Below, one piece after another: positions 20,201 to 29,200 of a DNA stretch of 64,000 bases. A program made the position numbers and the translations under genes. The notes below the pieces were generated by a model. The model made no database searches. It had not been told where the DNA came from and was given only the letters and a program-made list of their open reading frames with translations. How positions within the stretch are numbered: the first letter of the stretch is position 1; every line of letters begins with the position of its first letter. Source of the DNA: a virus; IMG/VR virus record IMGVR_UViG_3300042434_002493, positions 1 through 64,000 of that record, one strand, 5' to 3'.

Positions 20201-21391
20201 CGCGCCGTCCGACAAGGCAACAAGTACGGCAAGGTGCGGATTCACACCTACTTCTCGAAGCGCAGCTTCGACAGCTACCGCCACGCCATCTTGAGCGGCA
20301 AGCAGGGGTGGGTCTCGAACCTGTACAGCGGAGGCGATTACGCGGAGAACACCGAGGAGGGGGAGGACTTCAGCCCCGAAGAGTTGCAGATCATGTTGGC
20401 CGACGACCCCGACGAGGCCCGCAAGGTCTTCGAGGCGAACAAGGGGGCCCGCGTGGCCGCCCTCCAGGATGCGGCCCGCGCGAAGGCCATGCGCGACTGG
20501 CAGGGAGTCATCAAGCGCCGCAGCGCGCTGGCGAAGATGGCCGACAAGACCAGTCACGCGGCCCGGCGCCTCGAAGACACCATCCGCCTCGACACCGCGC
20601 GACTGAAGCGGGTGACGGAGTTGCCCAAGCCGCTGCGCGCCGCGCTCGACTCCGACCTCCCATGCGTCGCCGTGCCCACCACCGGGGCGATCATCAAGGT
20701 CGGCGACGTCATCCTCCCGAAGAACGGCAACGTGCTCGAAGACGCGCACGTCGTAACCGACGTGGACCCAGTCAAGGGCGCGGTCTCGATTCGACCGTTC
20801 GGCCGCAAGCGCCCCGCCTACTACGGCAAGCACACTCTCACAGCGGCCGAATTGCCGGCCTACGTCCACCACGAGGGCCCGGAGACGGAGGCGGACGCTT
20901 ACAGGCCGCAGGTCCGGGAGAAGCTCGCCGCTGCGGCGAAGTTCCCGACGCTGGCCGGGCACGACCTCGCAGAGATGCGAGACTGGCCGGAGGCGATCCG
21001 GCGCGAGTTCGAGCCCGAGGCCCGACAGATCGCCGCCGCCGCCGTCTCGCACGTCAACCCATACGGCCACGTTTTCGTGCGCCATGGCGACACAGTGAAG
21101 GCTGTCCGCGGCGACAGCCCGGAGGCCAAGAACGCCGCCCCCCTTCTACCGTGGGGCGAAGACCGCGAGGCCATCCTGCGGGGCCTGGTGACTCACCTGC
21201 GCACCGAGGGCAAGAAGCAGGTGGTCACGCAGGGCAAGCGCGGCTCCATGAATTACACCGGGCGCTACGAGTACCAGCCGAGCTACGAATGGAAAAATGC
21301 TCACGCCCGCGTCGTCGGCGGGCGGGGAGACGACTACGGGCTTGAGCAGGAGGCCATCAGGCGCATCCACCAGGAGGACCAGGCGAAATGA
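14264..21391 (+). CDS. DarB-like giant protein: N6-adenine DNA methyltransferase + SNF2 helicase, with tagged N-terminal extension
   Basis: LEPACGSG (~16514), NAPF (16718), DVGLGKT (18584), DEAH (19139), LTATP, GEGVNLQ, QREGRAVRQGN; tag copies at 14387 and 15341. Confidence 0.9.
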   Translation: MFFIRIEGLKAEQLALFGGATPASKPRPTSAPAGQLDLFGGDPTHGGHLVERVIFTKAGHQQTFHVLPVEAPKAKRKAKPAIGPDLFAWADQATPSQVASALVDAHQQAKRPEATPEDIERRDQLLTAAQAHQSNRQSESPEVAPLADPTPTATPAGTTPEDAPAGTIFHGYTSDYSTQIQWAKREDGQWFRRGQDKTPRGYRWSGWVKGGPPNERASIHGSGNVGPTRMARLPQEGGADEAMAGAKIIPNRHTKTGEALWTVQLQDRVSSETYQEILAHAKGLGGRYSSFRGNGAIPGFIFKTEDAARAFTGQQAEEEEQEATEPAAVNPPVSPESSPAETPEAKPDAVTPTADQIRKDPTDGGRLQPRKITGKDGVTRTYYVSQDVEGDVAAKLAANPDFQQSAKVNHRDNLVFAIKKTVEDMAADEAVARNELGHADEHAKGWGLFYFDGLDQIGRQNFLEAVASKLAQSVRDQEPANLPSREAEPAQLPDPVAEPAETVKYLESAPAGAQVTLAHDDGRHVWEKGEKGWRPEGAPDGPPVTDEGLARAAQAGAAEIVDGPAPADAAPRRTLQESLESFRQGLTLTEDQAKGDWTPQRMSRAHLVTSILDHLWSDKTGPSGEPTDDMQAAMTQAAEAEADRIIAETKKPRVAKPEATASGPKANTQSFGRDLTPKQRKDANSSAVEIIQRAVSQGRELTQKEMDEVALYSGRGGIGDSLNQYFTRPDIAASMWDLLAHHGLAPDAKVLEPACGSGVFMQTAPEGVTMTAVEIDPEVALVASSLHGARHTVHAQSFEEFAVARERGVGDRFDAVITNAPFCTRTGDGARIHKPEYTSADAYFVDTALDQVKEGGLVAMIVHRGVMSNDGMQEFRRRIGDRAELVDAFRLPVEAFKHADTTVVSDVIILRKRPEVVATALARGGEEVGRALGVNDEDLIYGRWFDDKPDRVLGTVGKDWRGSDLVEGSADACAPLIRARGVASWAHGPAGKTITAEEMAAHSDERVRAALDAAKADVAIPTPVRGSQTVIAGKTYILTPGESGALRWRRLDSIDDARELLHSGDAALKSAGDLALRYGDLRSAMARGDYLRARGIRRKLQKDLNAWVENYGVPARHPEINALAGQDANIAHLVAAVNPDKTMADILTSDPVIPPAATGDRAVPATSVSEAASHLATHNPGQPITVAKLREAFPSTAEDDEIVAGLVESGEYVDARGAFGVESDAPGVLHADDYASGDLFALRDHEFEQAASEDDATRQRAEARLALVQRHIDERWRPLDQVEVSVRSGWIPPHVIEAWLNSPDVIADWHKASQFKVTEAGGVYTVSYFDEAKGKRVKHSGEPDHVPARNILRYMNRLPLHGERARDEAEAEDEKFRSWLASSDLRGDVEEIYNRRFTGQVPRRLNSTPMKIDGLQKELWPYHYEQIRWNTDRRGGIVAMDVGLGKTFNTIATARQMRVTGQARKVAVTCPKSVIINWSKEIEDLHPGAKVMIVGATSKEKPKKTWRDPTVPEYVAVTDNDETLTKKLADIAANDYDLVLFTYEAQARIPVRDDNVTRFEGDDFWSRRASKLSDSEATVAQSAETRQKKLAQALASYQAERAKLGFNVKQSIIHWEDLGIDTMFVDEAHNFANLGSPRSRGGQVKMMGSSSDNVKRAHDLQLKAALVRERRKPDETDDAYQRRMDENKEQGLGVNGNGVFMLTATPAKNSPMDVYHLMLQATPQVWREVGVRNLEEFIDRYVDIEERPIINTEQKAEMANCAVGFKNLIELRAVMERGLRRRTAKEVNLKVPQTEREEHLVDMTPQQHKAFRDIRDEFERRKLDKDERVANSATLWLLHQLNAAGTDLSLLSDEHPEHAGEWRHSPKYHEAVGTIVKNLKSGRGGQVVFIDRNASHTHMKNLLVEAGIPESEIEILNATTAADADKRYAVSERFNLGKTRVVIGNTGTMGEGVNLQKNTSDLHHLDLPWSPGKYHQREGRAVRQGNKYGKVRIHTYFSKRSFDSYRHAILSGKQGWVSNLYSGGDYAENTEEGEDFSPEELQIMLADDPDEARKVFEANKGARVAALQDAARAKAMRDWQGVIKRRSALAKMADKTSHAARRLEDTIRLDTARLKRVTELPKPLRAALDSDLPCVAVPTTGAIIKVGDVILPKNGNVLEDAHVVTDVDPVKGAVSIRPFGRKRPAYYGKHTLTAAELPAYVHHEGPETEADAYRPQVREKLAAAAKFPTLAGHDLAEMRDWPEAIRREFEPEARQIAAAAVSHVNPYGHVFVRHGDTVKAVRGDSPEAKNAAPLLPWGEDREAILRGLVTHLRTEGKKQVVTQGKRGSMNYTGRYEYQPSYEWKNAHARVVGGRGDDYGLEQEAIRRIHQEDQAK

Positions 21392-21708
21392 CCCCCACGA
21401 AGGAGTCCGCGACCATCCTGGTGCAGATGCTTCAGACGCACCCGGCCTACTACCTGAACTTCGGGCCCTACTGGTGGATCGTGAAGCGGTGGTTGCTGCG
21501 CCTGGGGTTTACGCGCGCCAACACCCGCCACCTGGGAACGTACACGGACCCGCAGGCCCGCGCCTGGTACACCGACCGGCCGTTTCTCAGCGCCATCGAG
21601 CAGGCGTTCGCCTACCAGGCCGAGCGCGCCCAGAACTGCCCCGGCTCGCCGTTCTGCCAGACGCCAGACGGTGAGGACTACATCCTGGAAGACCAGGACG
21701 CCGAATGA
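21388..21708 (+). CDS. Hypothetical protein
   Basis: ATGA overlaps on both sides; aromatic-rich 106-aa product. Confidence 0.7.
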   Translation: MTPTKESATILVQMLQTHPAYYLNFGPYWWIVKRWLLRLGFTRANTRHLGTYTDPQARAWYTDRPFLSAIEQAFAYQAERAQNCPGSPFCQTPDGEDYILEDQDAE

Positions 21709-24700
21709 ACCCCGCCGCCCTGTTGCTCCAGCTCCAAGCCAACCGGGAAGCCGGCAAGGCCATCGACCGCAGCGACACCGCGACCGCATCCCTGCTTCCC
21801 GCGCTGGACGCCGCCGGTGACATCGACCACGGCGGGCGGCTCCACGCCGAGATGCGAACGGACAAGCGCGGGCGGACCCAGCATCGGCACGTCCGATGGG
21901 AGGAATTGAAGGGCGAAGACCTGGTTCACCAGGGCTACGTCAAGGCAGGCAGCCCCGCCGCGTTCGAGGCCCTGGGGGGGGACGAGTTCGCCGATCCGTC
22001 ATGCGCGCGGTGCGGGGCACGGATCAAGCACGCCTACCTGACCAACCACGGGCCCCTGGGGGGCGACTGCCTGGCGACGTTGACTGGCGACGACAGTTCG
22101 CGCGCCGCGGCGCGCCGGTTCGTGGAGAAGCTCGACAAGGCGCAGGACAGCGCCCACCGGAGCAAGCGTACCCTGGCCGTTCTGACACTCAGCTTCGACC
22201 AGCACGCCGGCCAGATTCGTGCCGACTTCCAGCTCACCAACGGCCGCCCGTGGTACGGCGCCGCTGGTGACGCTCGCCACGCGGTCATGTTCCACGCCGC
22301 CGCTTCCCAGTGGGCCGAGGCCCGAGGCTTGGAGGTGGACGAGCATCTCTCCGGGGACGAGAGCGCGCTCGCCGCCGCCAAGCGCATCGCCAGGGAGCGC
22401 CGGGCCGAGTTACAGGCCCGTGCCACCAGCAAGGCCGAGCAGGAAGTAGCCCGCATCCGCAGCGAGTCCCTCCGCCGCCTAGACGGCGTCCTGGCATTCC
22501 TGAAAGCGCCGCAGAACTACCGCCGGGCGCCCGTCGAAGCCGACTGGTTTTTCGGGCCCCTGAAAGCCCAGGCGGCAGACGCGATCCGAGAGCAGGTTGG
22601 CTTCCGCGTTCGCAGGTTCCGCAACAGTCGCGGCGACGAACTGACGGAGGTGTCCGCGCGTCAACAGGGGCGCGGCCCCATCGTCGGCATGTTCCCGCCC
22701 GACGACTACGACGACCTCATCGACCGAATCCAGAGCGCAGGCTTTGAGGTGGAGAGCCAGGAAGCCGCCAAGGCCCTGCCGCTCGACCCCCCGCCGCAGG
22801 TCCGCCGGCCGCAGGAGCACCACCACCACGGCAGCGTGAAGGTGCCGGGTCTGCCGACGGTGGACGTCGAGACGCCCGAGGGCACCGTGCGCCGGGGAAA
22901 GGGCAAGGACGGGGAGCCGTGGGCCGTGCTCATGCCCGCGCACTACGGCGAGTTTCGCGGCACGCTGGGCGTGGACGGCGACGCCGTGGACGTGTTCGTG
23001 GGCCCCGAGCGCGACGCGCCGACCGCGTGGGTCATCCGCGCGAAGGACCCGACGACAGGACGCTACGACGAGGACAAGGTCATGGTGGGGTTCGCCACCC
23101 GCACCGAGGCCATTCGCACCTTCCGCGCCTCGTACAACGTGCGCGGCGTGCTGGGCGAGGTCACGGGCGTCCCGGTCGCCCGTCTTGGGGCGCTCCTCGC
23201 CGATGCGAGGCACCGCGGTCTCCCGCTCAACATGCACAAGGCCGAGAGCCGCGAGCCGCCGCCGGCCGGGCCCGACTCTTCCCTGGACGACGCCTGGCGA
23301 CGCCTGGAGCATGTCCGCCAGCAGATCGCCGAGCTGGCCGACACGCACGAGGGGGGGAAAGCCATCGACAAGAAGGACACCGCCACCACGAGCATGTTCG
23401 ACCTCATGGGCGTGGGCGATCCGAGCCACGCCGGCCGACTTCACGAGGAGACCCGGACGGACGCGACCGGGCGCACCCAGAAGCGGTGGATCGCGTCGCA
23501 AGAGGCGGAGCCCGAAGGCACCATCCGGCATGGCGACCTTGTTTCGCGCCCCGCCACGGTGCGAAGTGAGCACGGCGAAATGATGGGCGGTTCTGGCAAC
23601 GCCTACACCCCAGACGGCGAGGCGTTGATCGCGCTCCCGCAACCGGGATTCGTGATCGGTGACGTGGAGATCGACGCAGCGCACCGTGGAAAGGGCCACG
23701 GACAGGCCCTCTATCTCCGGGCGATGGCCGAGCACGGGAGGCTCTACTCCTCGTGGCCAGTGAGTAAGGATGCGTTTCGCGTTCACGACGCCCTCGTCCG
23801 CAAGGGTCTGGCCACGCGCCGCAACGTCGAGACCGACGGCACCACGTTCACCGTTCTGGAGCCGACTGGGCAAGCCACGACGCCGCCCGAGGGTCTGGTG
23901 CAGATCGGCGAGCGAGCGCCCCGCGGGCGCGCGCCGACGCCCACGACCCCAGGCATGCGCGCCCAGGGCCGTCTCGACGGACTGGGCCACGAGCCGAGCC
24001 CGCCGCCGGCTCACCCCGAGCCGTCTCTGCGCGACTACGACACGATCCTGGTGAACAGCTCCGCCGGCAAAGACAGCCAGGCGATGCTCGACTACGTCGT
24101 CGCGAAGGCGCGCGCCGAGGGTGTGCTCGACCGCGTCGTCGTCGTGCATGCCGATCTGGGCAGGGTCGAATGGGAAGGCACACGCGAGCTGGCCGAGGCG
24201 CAGGCCAAGCACTACGGACTGCGCTTCGAGGTGGTGACGAAGACCAAGGGCGACCTCATCGAGCAGATCGACCAGCGCGCCGTGGACCTTCAGCAGCGCA
24301 GTCACGACGCGGCCACCCTCGCCGCGGCCGGGTTTCGCACTTGGGGCGATCTGGCGGGGGCGAGCGCCGAGACACTGGCCGGGCTGATCGGCAAGGCCCA
24401 GGCGGACGCAGCGCAGCCGACCGAGGAGCGAGCTGCCAAGCTCAAGCAGGCCGCAGAGCGCAAGCTCAAGGGCGGCAAGGCCGCGACAGACCCGGTGGAC
24501 TTCGGCAAGGAGATCGCGTGGCCGTCGAGCGCGTCGCGCTACTGCACCTCCGACCACAAGCGCGGTCCCATCCGCACGCTCATGACGCGCCTGACCAGCG
24601 AGTTCGACCGCAAGGGCGCGCCGGTGCGCATCCTGAACTGTATGGGCCTGCGGGGCGACGAGAGCAGCAACCGCGCCAAGATGCCGACGTTCGAGCACGA

Positions 24701-26234
24701 CGACGCGGCGAGCAACGGCAAGCGTCATGTGGACGAGTGGTTGCCGATCCACCACTGGAATGAGGGCGACGTCTGGCGCCGCATCCGCGACGCCGGCACC
24801 CCCTACCACGGCGCCTACGACCTCGGGATGCGCCGGCTTTCGTGCGTGTTCTGCGTGTTTGCCACCCGCGACGACCTGAAGATCGCCGCCCACGCCAACC
24901 CGGCCCTGTTCCGCGAGTATGTCGCCCTGGAGCGCCGCGTGGGGCACAAGTTCCGGGCGGACCTCGCGCTGGCCGAACTGCACGACGCGATGGCCGCGGA
25001 CGACGACCGCACCGAGGCATCGAAGGCCGCCGAGCAGATGCGCCTCTTCGGTGACCCGACCCACGGCGGCCACCTGCACGTCGAGGTCCGCACCGACAAG
25101 AGCGGCCGCACCGAGCGCCGCCACGTCCGCACCGGCTCGTTGCACACCGAGATGGGCCACGCGGGGGCGCCCGCGCCAGGCGAGCGCGGGCACATCACCC
25201 TCACGCCCGAGCGAGCCGAAGCCGAGCGCCGGGCCGGCAACATCATGGAGCACGTCGGGCGCATCTTCGACGGGGGCGAGGTACACCTCATCGAGGGCGC
25301 CATGCACGACGCCGGGCACACCCGAGAGTGGGCGCCGGACGAGAGCGGGGACGAAACTCCGTTGACCATTCGAGACGACGAGCTGCCCGGTCTGCTTGGG
25401 ATGCCCGAGTGGAGCCCGGAGGACGCCGCCGACGCTGTTGCTCTGGTTGCCGATTCAACCGCGCACGGTGGGGTCATGCCCGGCGCCGTCGTGCGCGAGG
25501 TATTGGCGGACGCCATCGCGCCGGCCGGCAAGCTGCGACTCGTCAACGTGTCGCTCGACGAGGCCCGCGACTTTGTCGCCAAGCACCACAGCCAGATGCC
25601 CGAGATGAACCCCCGCGGGCTGATCTACGCCGTGGGGTGCATGAAGGGCGGGCGCCTGGTGGCCGTCGCGACCGCCGGCACGCCGACCGGGCGATGGGGC
25701 AACGGGCGGGTGGACCCGCGCAACATTCTGGAGCTGACCCGCATCGCGTCCGACGGCACCACGAAGGGGGCGTCGTCGAAGCTCGCCGCGCGCATGATTG
25801 ACCTCCTCGACCGCTCCAAGCGGGGCGACGCCGATGCCCCCGCGCTGTTCGTGACATACAGCCTGGGGACCGAGGACGGCACGACCTACCGCGCGCTGCG
25901 AGAGAAAGGTCTGCGACCCGTGGCGCTGGTCCACGGCAAGGCCGCCGGTGGGGGCGGGGCCCGGTCAGGCAACCGCCTGGGATACGCCGAGCCCGACAAG
26001 ATCCGATGGGAGGCCGGCGCCGCGGCAGGCCCGGCCCGCTGGGATCTGCTCGAAGGCGCGAAGGCCGGACCCATCGCCAACGCCCCCGGCACTGATCCGC
26101 TACTTCCGCCCGACGAGGCTGCCAAGAGCTTCGGCGTCGTCGTCGCGTTCAAGGCCATCGACGAGGCAGATCGGGCAATGGCCCGAGGTACTGCTCCAGG
26201 TCGCCCTGCGGTTCAAGTAGCCGCGGGCGATTGA
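21705..26234 (+). CDS. Polyvalent multi-enzyme protein: unknown Cys domain + inorganic pyrophosphatase-like + GNAT + PAPS-reductase-like + Mom/XF1762-like acyltransferase; three tag copies
   Basis: HYGEFRGTLGVDGDAVDVFVG...YDEDKVMVGF (InPase); HRGKGHGQALY (GNAT); SAGKDS...RYCT...GLRGDES...RLSCVFC (PAPS reductase); EARDFVAKHH...LELTR...VTYS...GTTYRA (Mom/XF1762-like). Confidence 0.85.
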   Translation: MNPAALLLQLQANREAGKAIDRSDTATASLLPALDAAGDIDHGGRLHAEMRTDKRGRTQHRHVRWEELKGEDLVHQGYVKAGSPAAFEALGGDEFADPSCARCGARIKHAYLTNHGPLGGDCLATLTGDDSSRAAARRFVEKLDKAQDSAHRSKRTLAVLTLSFDQHAGQIRADFQLTNGRPWYGAAGDARHAVMFHAAASQWAEARGLEVDEHLSGDESALAAAKRIARERRAELQARATSKAEQEVARIRSESLRRLDGVLAFLKAPQNYRRAPVEADWFFGPLKAQAADAIREQVGFRVRRFRNSRGDELTEVSARQQGRGPIVGMFPPDDYDDLIDRIQSAGFEVESQEAAKALPLDPPPQVRRPQEHHHHGSVKVPGLPTVDVETPEGTVRRGKGKDGEPWAVLMPAHYGEFRGTLGVDGDAVDVFVGPERDAPTAWVIRAKDPTTGRYDEDKVMVGFATRTEAIRTFRASYNVRGVLGEVTGVPVARLGALLADARHRGLPLNMHKAESREPPPAGPDSSLDDAWRRLEHVRQQIAELADTHEGGKAIDKKDTATTSMFDLMGVGDPSHAGRLHEETRTDATGRTQKRWIASQEAEPEGTIRHGDLVSRPATVRSEHGEMMGGSGNAYTPDGEALIALPQPGFVIGDVEIDAAHRGKGHGQALYLRAMAEHGRLYSSWPVSKDAFRVHDALVRKGLATRRNVETDGTTFTVLEPTGQATTPPEGLVQIGERAPRGRAPTPTTPGMRAQGRLDGLGHEPSPPPAHPEPSLRDYDTILVNSSAGKDSQAMLDYVVAKARAEGVLDRVVVVHADLGRVEWEGTRELAEAQAKHYGLRFEVVTKTKGDLIEQIDQRAVDLQQRSHDAATLAAAGFRTWGDLAGASAETLAGLIGKAQADAAQPTEERAAKLKQAAERKLKGGKAATDPVDFGKEIAWPSSASRYCTSDHKRGPIRTLMTRLTSEFDRKGAPVRILNCMGLRGDESSNRAKMPTFEHDDAASNGKRHVDEWLPIHHWNEGDVWRRIRDAGTPYHGAYDLGMRRLSCVFCVFATRDDLKIAAHANPALFREYVALERRVGHKFRADLALAELHDAMAADDDRTEASKAAEQMRLFGDPTHGGHLHVEVRTDKSGRTERRHVRTGSLHTEMGHAGAPAPGERGHITLTPERAEAERRAGNIMEHVGRIFDGGEVHLIEGAMHDAGHTREWAPDESGDETPLTIRDDELPGLLGMPEWSPEDAADAVALVADSTAHGGVMPGAVVREVLADAIAPAGKLRLVNVSLDEARDFVAKHHSQMPEMNPRGLIYAVGCMKGGRLVAVATAGTPTGRWGNGRVDPRNILELTRIASDGTTKGASSKLAARMIDLLDRSKRGDADAPALFVTYSLGTEDGTTYRALREKGLRPVALVHGKAAGGGGARSGNRLGYAEPDKIRWEAGAAAGPARWDLLEGAKAGPIANAPGTDPLLPPDEAAKSFGVVVAFKAIDEADRAMARGTAPGRPAVQVAAGD

Positions 26235-26259
26235 GCCGCGGCGCGGCGCAGGGTACAAC
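26231..26259 (+). promoter_or_regulatory. Putative promoter for a leaderless transcript
   Basis: TTGAGC-N17-TACAAC-N6-ATG(26266); no clear SD sequence. Confidence 0.45.
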
Positions 26260-26265
26260 GGCCGC

Positions 26266-29200
26266 ATGGCCCAGCCCGCGCAGCTCAACATTTTCGGCGG
26301 TCAAGATCCCATCCGCAACGGCGGCGATCCTTCGCACGGCGGGGCCCTTCACCAGGAGCGGCGCACCGACAGCCGAGGAAGGACCGAGACGAAGTGGGTC
26401 CGTGACCCCAACGACCGACGCACCGTGGACTTGGAGAAGCTGATCGCACTCAAGGAAATGGGCCGCCGGGTGGACCGGCCGACCCTGTTCCGGTGGGCAG
26501 CCGGCCGGGTGAAGCACGACCCGGACACCTGGACGGCCTACCGCAAGTCCACAGCCGAGGAGACCCGCCAGGAAGGCGAGCAAGAACTGCGTCGCCGGTA
26601 CGCCTGGCATCAGACGTTCGGCGAGCACACGCCGTTTCACCCCGCAGCGATGAGCGATCACATCACCGGCAGCTTCGAGGCGGAGGCCGCGAAGGCCGTC
26701 ACGTTCTACCTCGCCGTGATCTTCGCCGAGGGTGGCAAGGCCGGCCCCATCGCCAACCGGCCGGGCCTGGTATTCGACTACATGAGCCGCCGTTGGAAGC
26801 GGGTCGAGCCCCACGAGGAGGGCGTTCACCTCGACGAAGAGGCCGGGCAGGCTCACGTCGTCCCTTGGAAGCCGAAGCGCGACAAGAATGAGACGATGAG
26901 CCAGGAGGACTGGCAGGGCTTCATCGACGACGCGAACGAGCCACTCCACGAGCGGGCCGCGAAAATGAACGCCACACTGGCGCACTACAAGGCGGGGCAC
27001 CTGGAGTTCAAGAACCCCAGGGGCGACGGCCACGCGGTCATCATCCCGGATGCGAGCGAGCCGGGCCGCTGGCGTTACTCCGAGTACGACAAGAGTGGTT
27101 TCTCATCGCACACGACTCACGACACCCCAATGCAGGCCGCCGCCGCCGCCGGGGAGGCCGGTTTCACCGAGCCGGCGCCCGGCAGCCTGGATCGGCTTTC
27201 GCAGACCGAGGAGTGGGATCGCGGGACTCGCTCCGCCAAGATCAACCAGCTTGGCGGAGAACTGAACTGGAAGGGGCACCACGAGGCCGACCTGGCGGTG
27301 CGCAATCACTACGCCCGCCACGGCTGGAGCGCCGAAGCCTACCAGCGCATCATGCAGCCCGACGTCCTGGCCGCCGTCCGCGCCGGCCAGGTGCATCCCG
27401 AACTGCTCAAGGCCATCGCCGATCACCGCGAGGGTTTCAAGGCCGCGCCGAAGCTAGACTTCGGCGAGACGGCCCCGTCCGGCGAGCGGTGGATTACCGT
27501 CCGCCCCAACGGACCCGACGCCAAGGGTGTCCCGGTCCTGGTGCAGGTCCACCCCCACAACCCGCGCCAGGGCCACATCATCGGCGGCGCCGGGGGCAAG
27601 ATGAACCTGCGCCGGCTCAACCTCAAGACCCCGGAGGAGTACCGGGCCGCCGCCGCCGCGCGACGCAAGAACCGACGCAAGAGCGAGAGCACGCAGGTTG
27701 ACACAGGCCAGAGGGCCGCGCTCGAAGAGGTCAAGGGCGAGCACCAACAGCGCCGCAGGGCCGCCGCCGCCCAGGTACTCCGCCACGCCGGGCATCACGA
27801 GCTGGCCGACAAGATCGCCGCCGGCCCGCTGGCAGGCCAGGAGAGCGAGCACAAGGAGGCCGTCGCCGACGGCTACCGCAAGGTTCGCGTGCTCATGGCC
27901 AACGCCCGCCGAACGCTCGCCCAGGACACCGACGCCCGCGAGGCCGCAGGTCTGGGGGAGCTTCCGGCGACGAGCGGAGACGGGGGAATCGGGGCGAGCG
28001 ACATCGCCGGCAGGCAGGTCATGCAGGGGGGCCTCGACTACAAGCGCGACCGGGCCGCCCTGAGCGACCAACAGGCCGATCTCGCCCGCGCCCAGGCCCT
28101 TCGCTCGCGCCTGGACGCCGATCTGCAACACGGCGAGCCCATCGACGCGCTCACCACAGCGCAGCGGTACGCCCGCGCCGCGAACCTTACCCACCGCGAC
28201 ATCGAGGCCGCGGGCCCCGTCGAGATCGCCGCGTTCGCCCGGCTGGCCAGCCGGCGCCTGAAAGCGTTCCGGCGGCTCCAGGAGGCCGTCACCGAGGCCG
28301 GCGGGGACAACACCGCGCCCACCATGCCCGACGAGGCTCGCGAGGCGATGGACGACATGGCCGCGGTCGTCAGCGGCAGCGGGCAGGATGCCATCGACGC
28401 CATGACCGATCCCGCGCGGAACGAAACCGCGCGCAAGGGACTACAGGCCGCCGTGGACCACGGCCTCATGGACCCGCAGCGCGAGCGGGACATGACGGCC
28501 CGTATCGAGCAGGCGCGCCGACAGTCCGCCGGGGCTCCCGAGCTTTCGCAGCTCAACCAGGAGCACGTCGAGTCTCTCCCGGCCCGCGCCATCGCCATCG
28601 TGGCCAACGACGCCGCGCACGCGATCCGCCGCATGCGCACCGCGGCCCCCGAGGATCTGCGCAAGCTCGCCGAGCAGGTGGGCGAGGAGGTGCCGACCAT
28701 CAAGGGCGCCGCCGATGCGCTCGGCGAAGAGGCCCTGATCTCCGGCGAAGCCACCGACGCACAGCGCCGCTCGTTCTTGCGCCAGGCGCTCGCGTCCGGC
28801 GTGCTCACCGGCGACGCCACACCGCCGAAGGCTGCCGCCGATCCGTCCCTCGAAGTGAACGACGGGGCAAAGGCCCGCGCGATCTTCGAGGCCGGGTTGA
28901 AGGTCAAGGGTCTCGACAAGGAGGCCCGGCGCCGCCGCAACGCCATCATGGCCGGAGACCTGGCGGGCGCCGCCTCGCAACAGTGGGAGGCCCCCCGCGG
29001 CGGAGCCAACGACCCGACGCAGCAGCTCGCCGACCACCCTTCGACCGAGATGGTCGCCGCGGTGCAAGGCGAGGTCCGCACCCAGCGCGCCCGCGCGTTT
29101 CTGGGGCAGGTCAATCAGACCTACCAGGACATCGGCCAGATGCTCGACGAGGACCAGGACGCGGCGCACGCCGATCTGGGCCGCCACATGAGCCGGGGCA

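Noticed and set aside
26150-26266. Frameshift or readthrough fusing the 1509-aa and 2831-aa ORFs (FKAIDEAD resembles the pre-tag motif)
   Set aside because: No slippery site seen; a promoter-like element and ATG explain independent expression.
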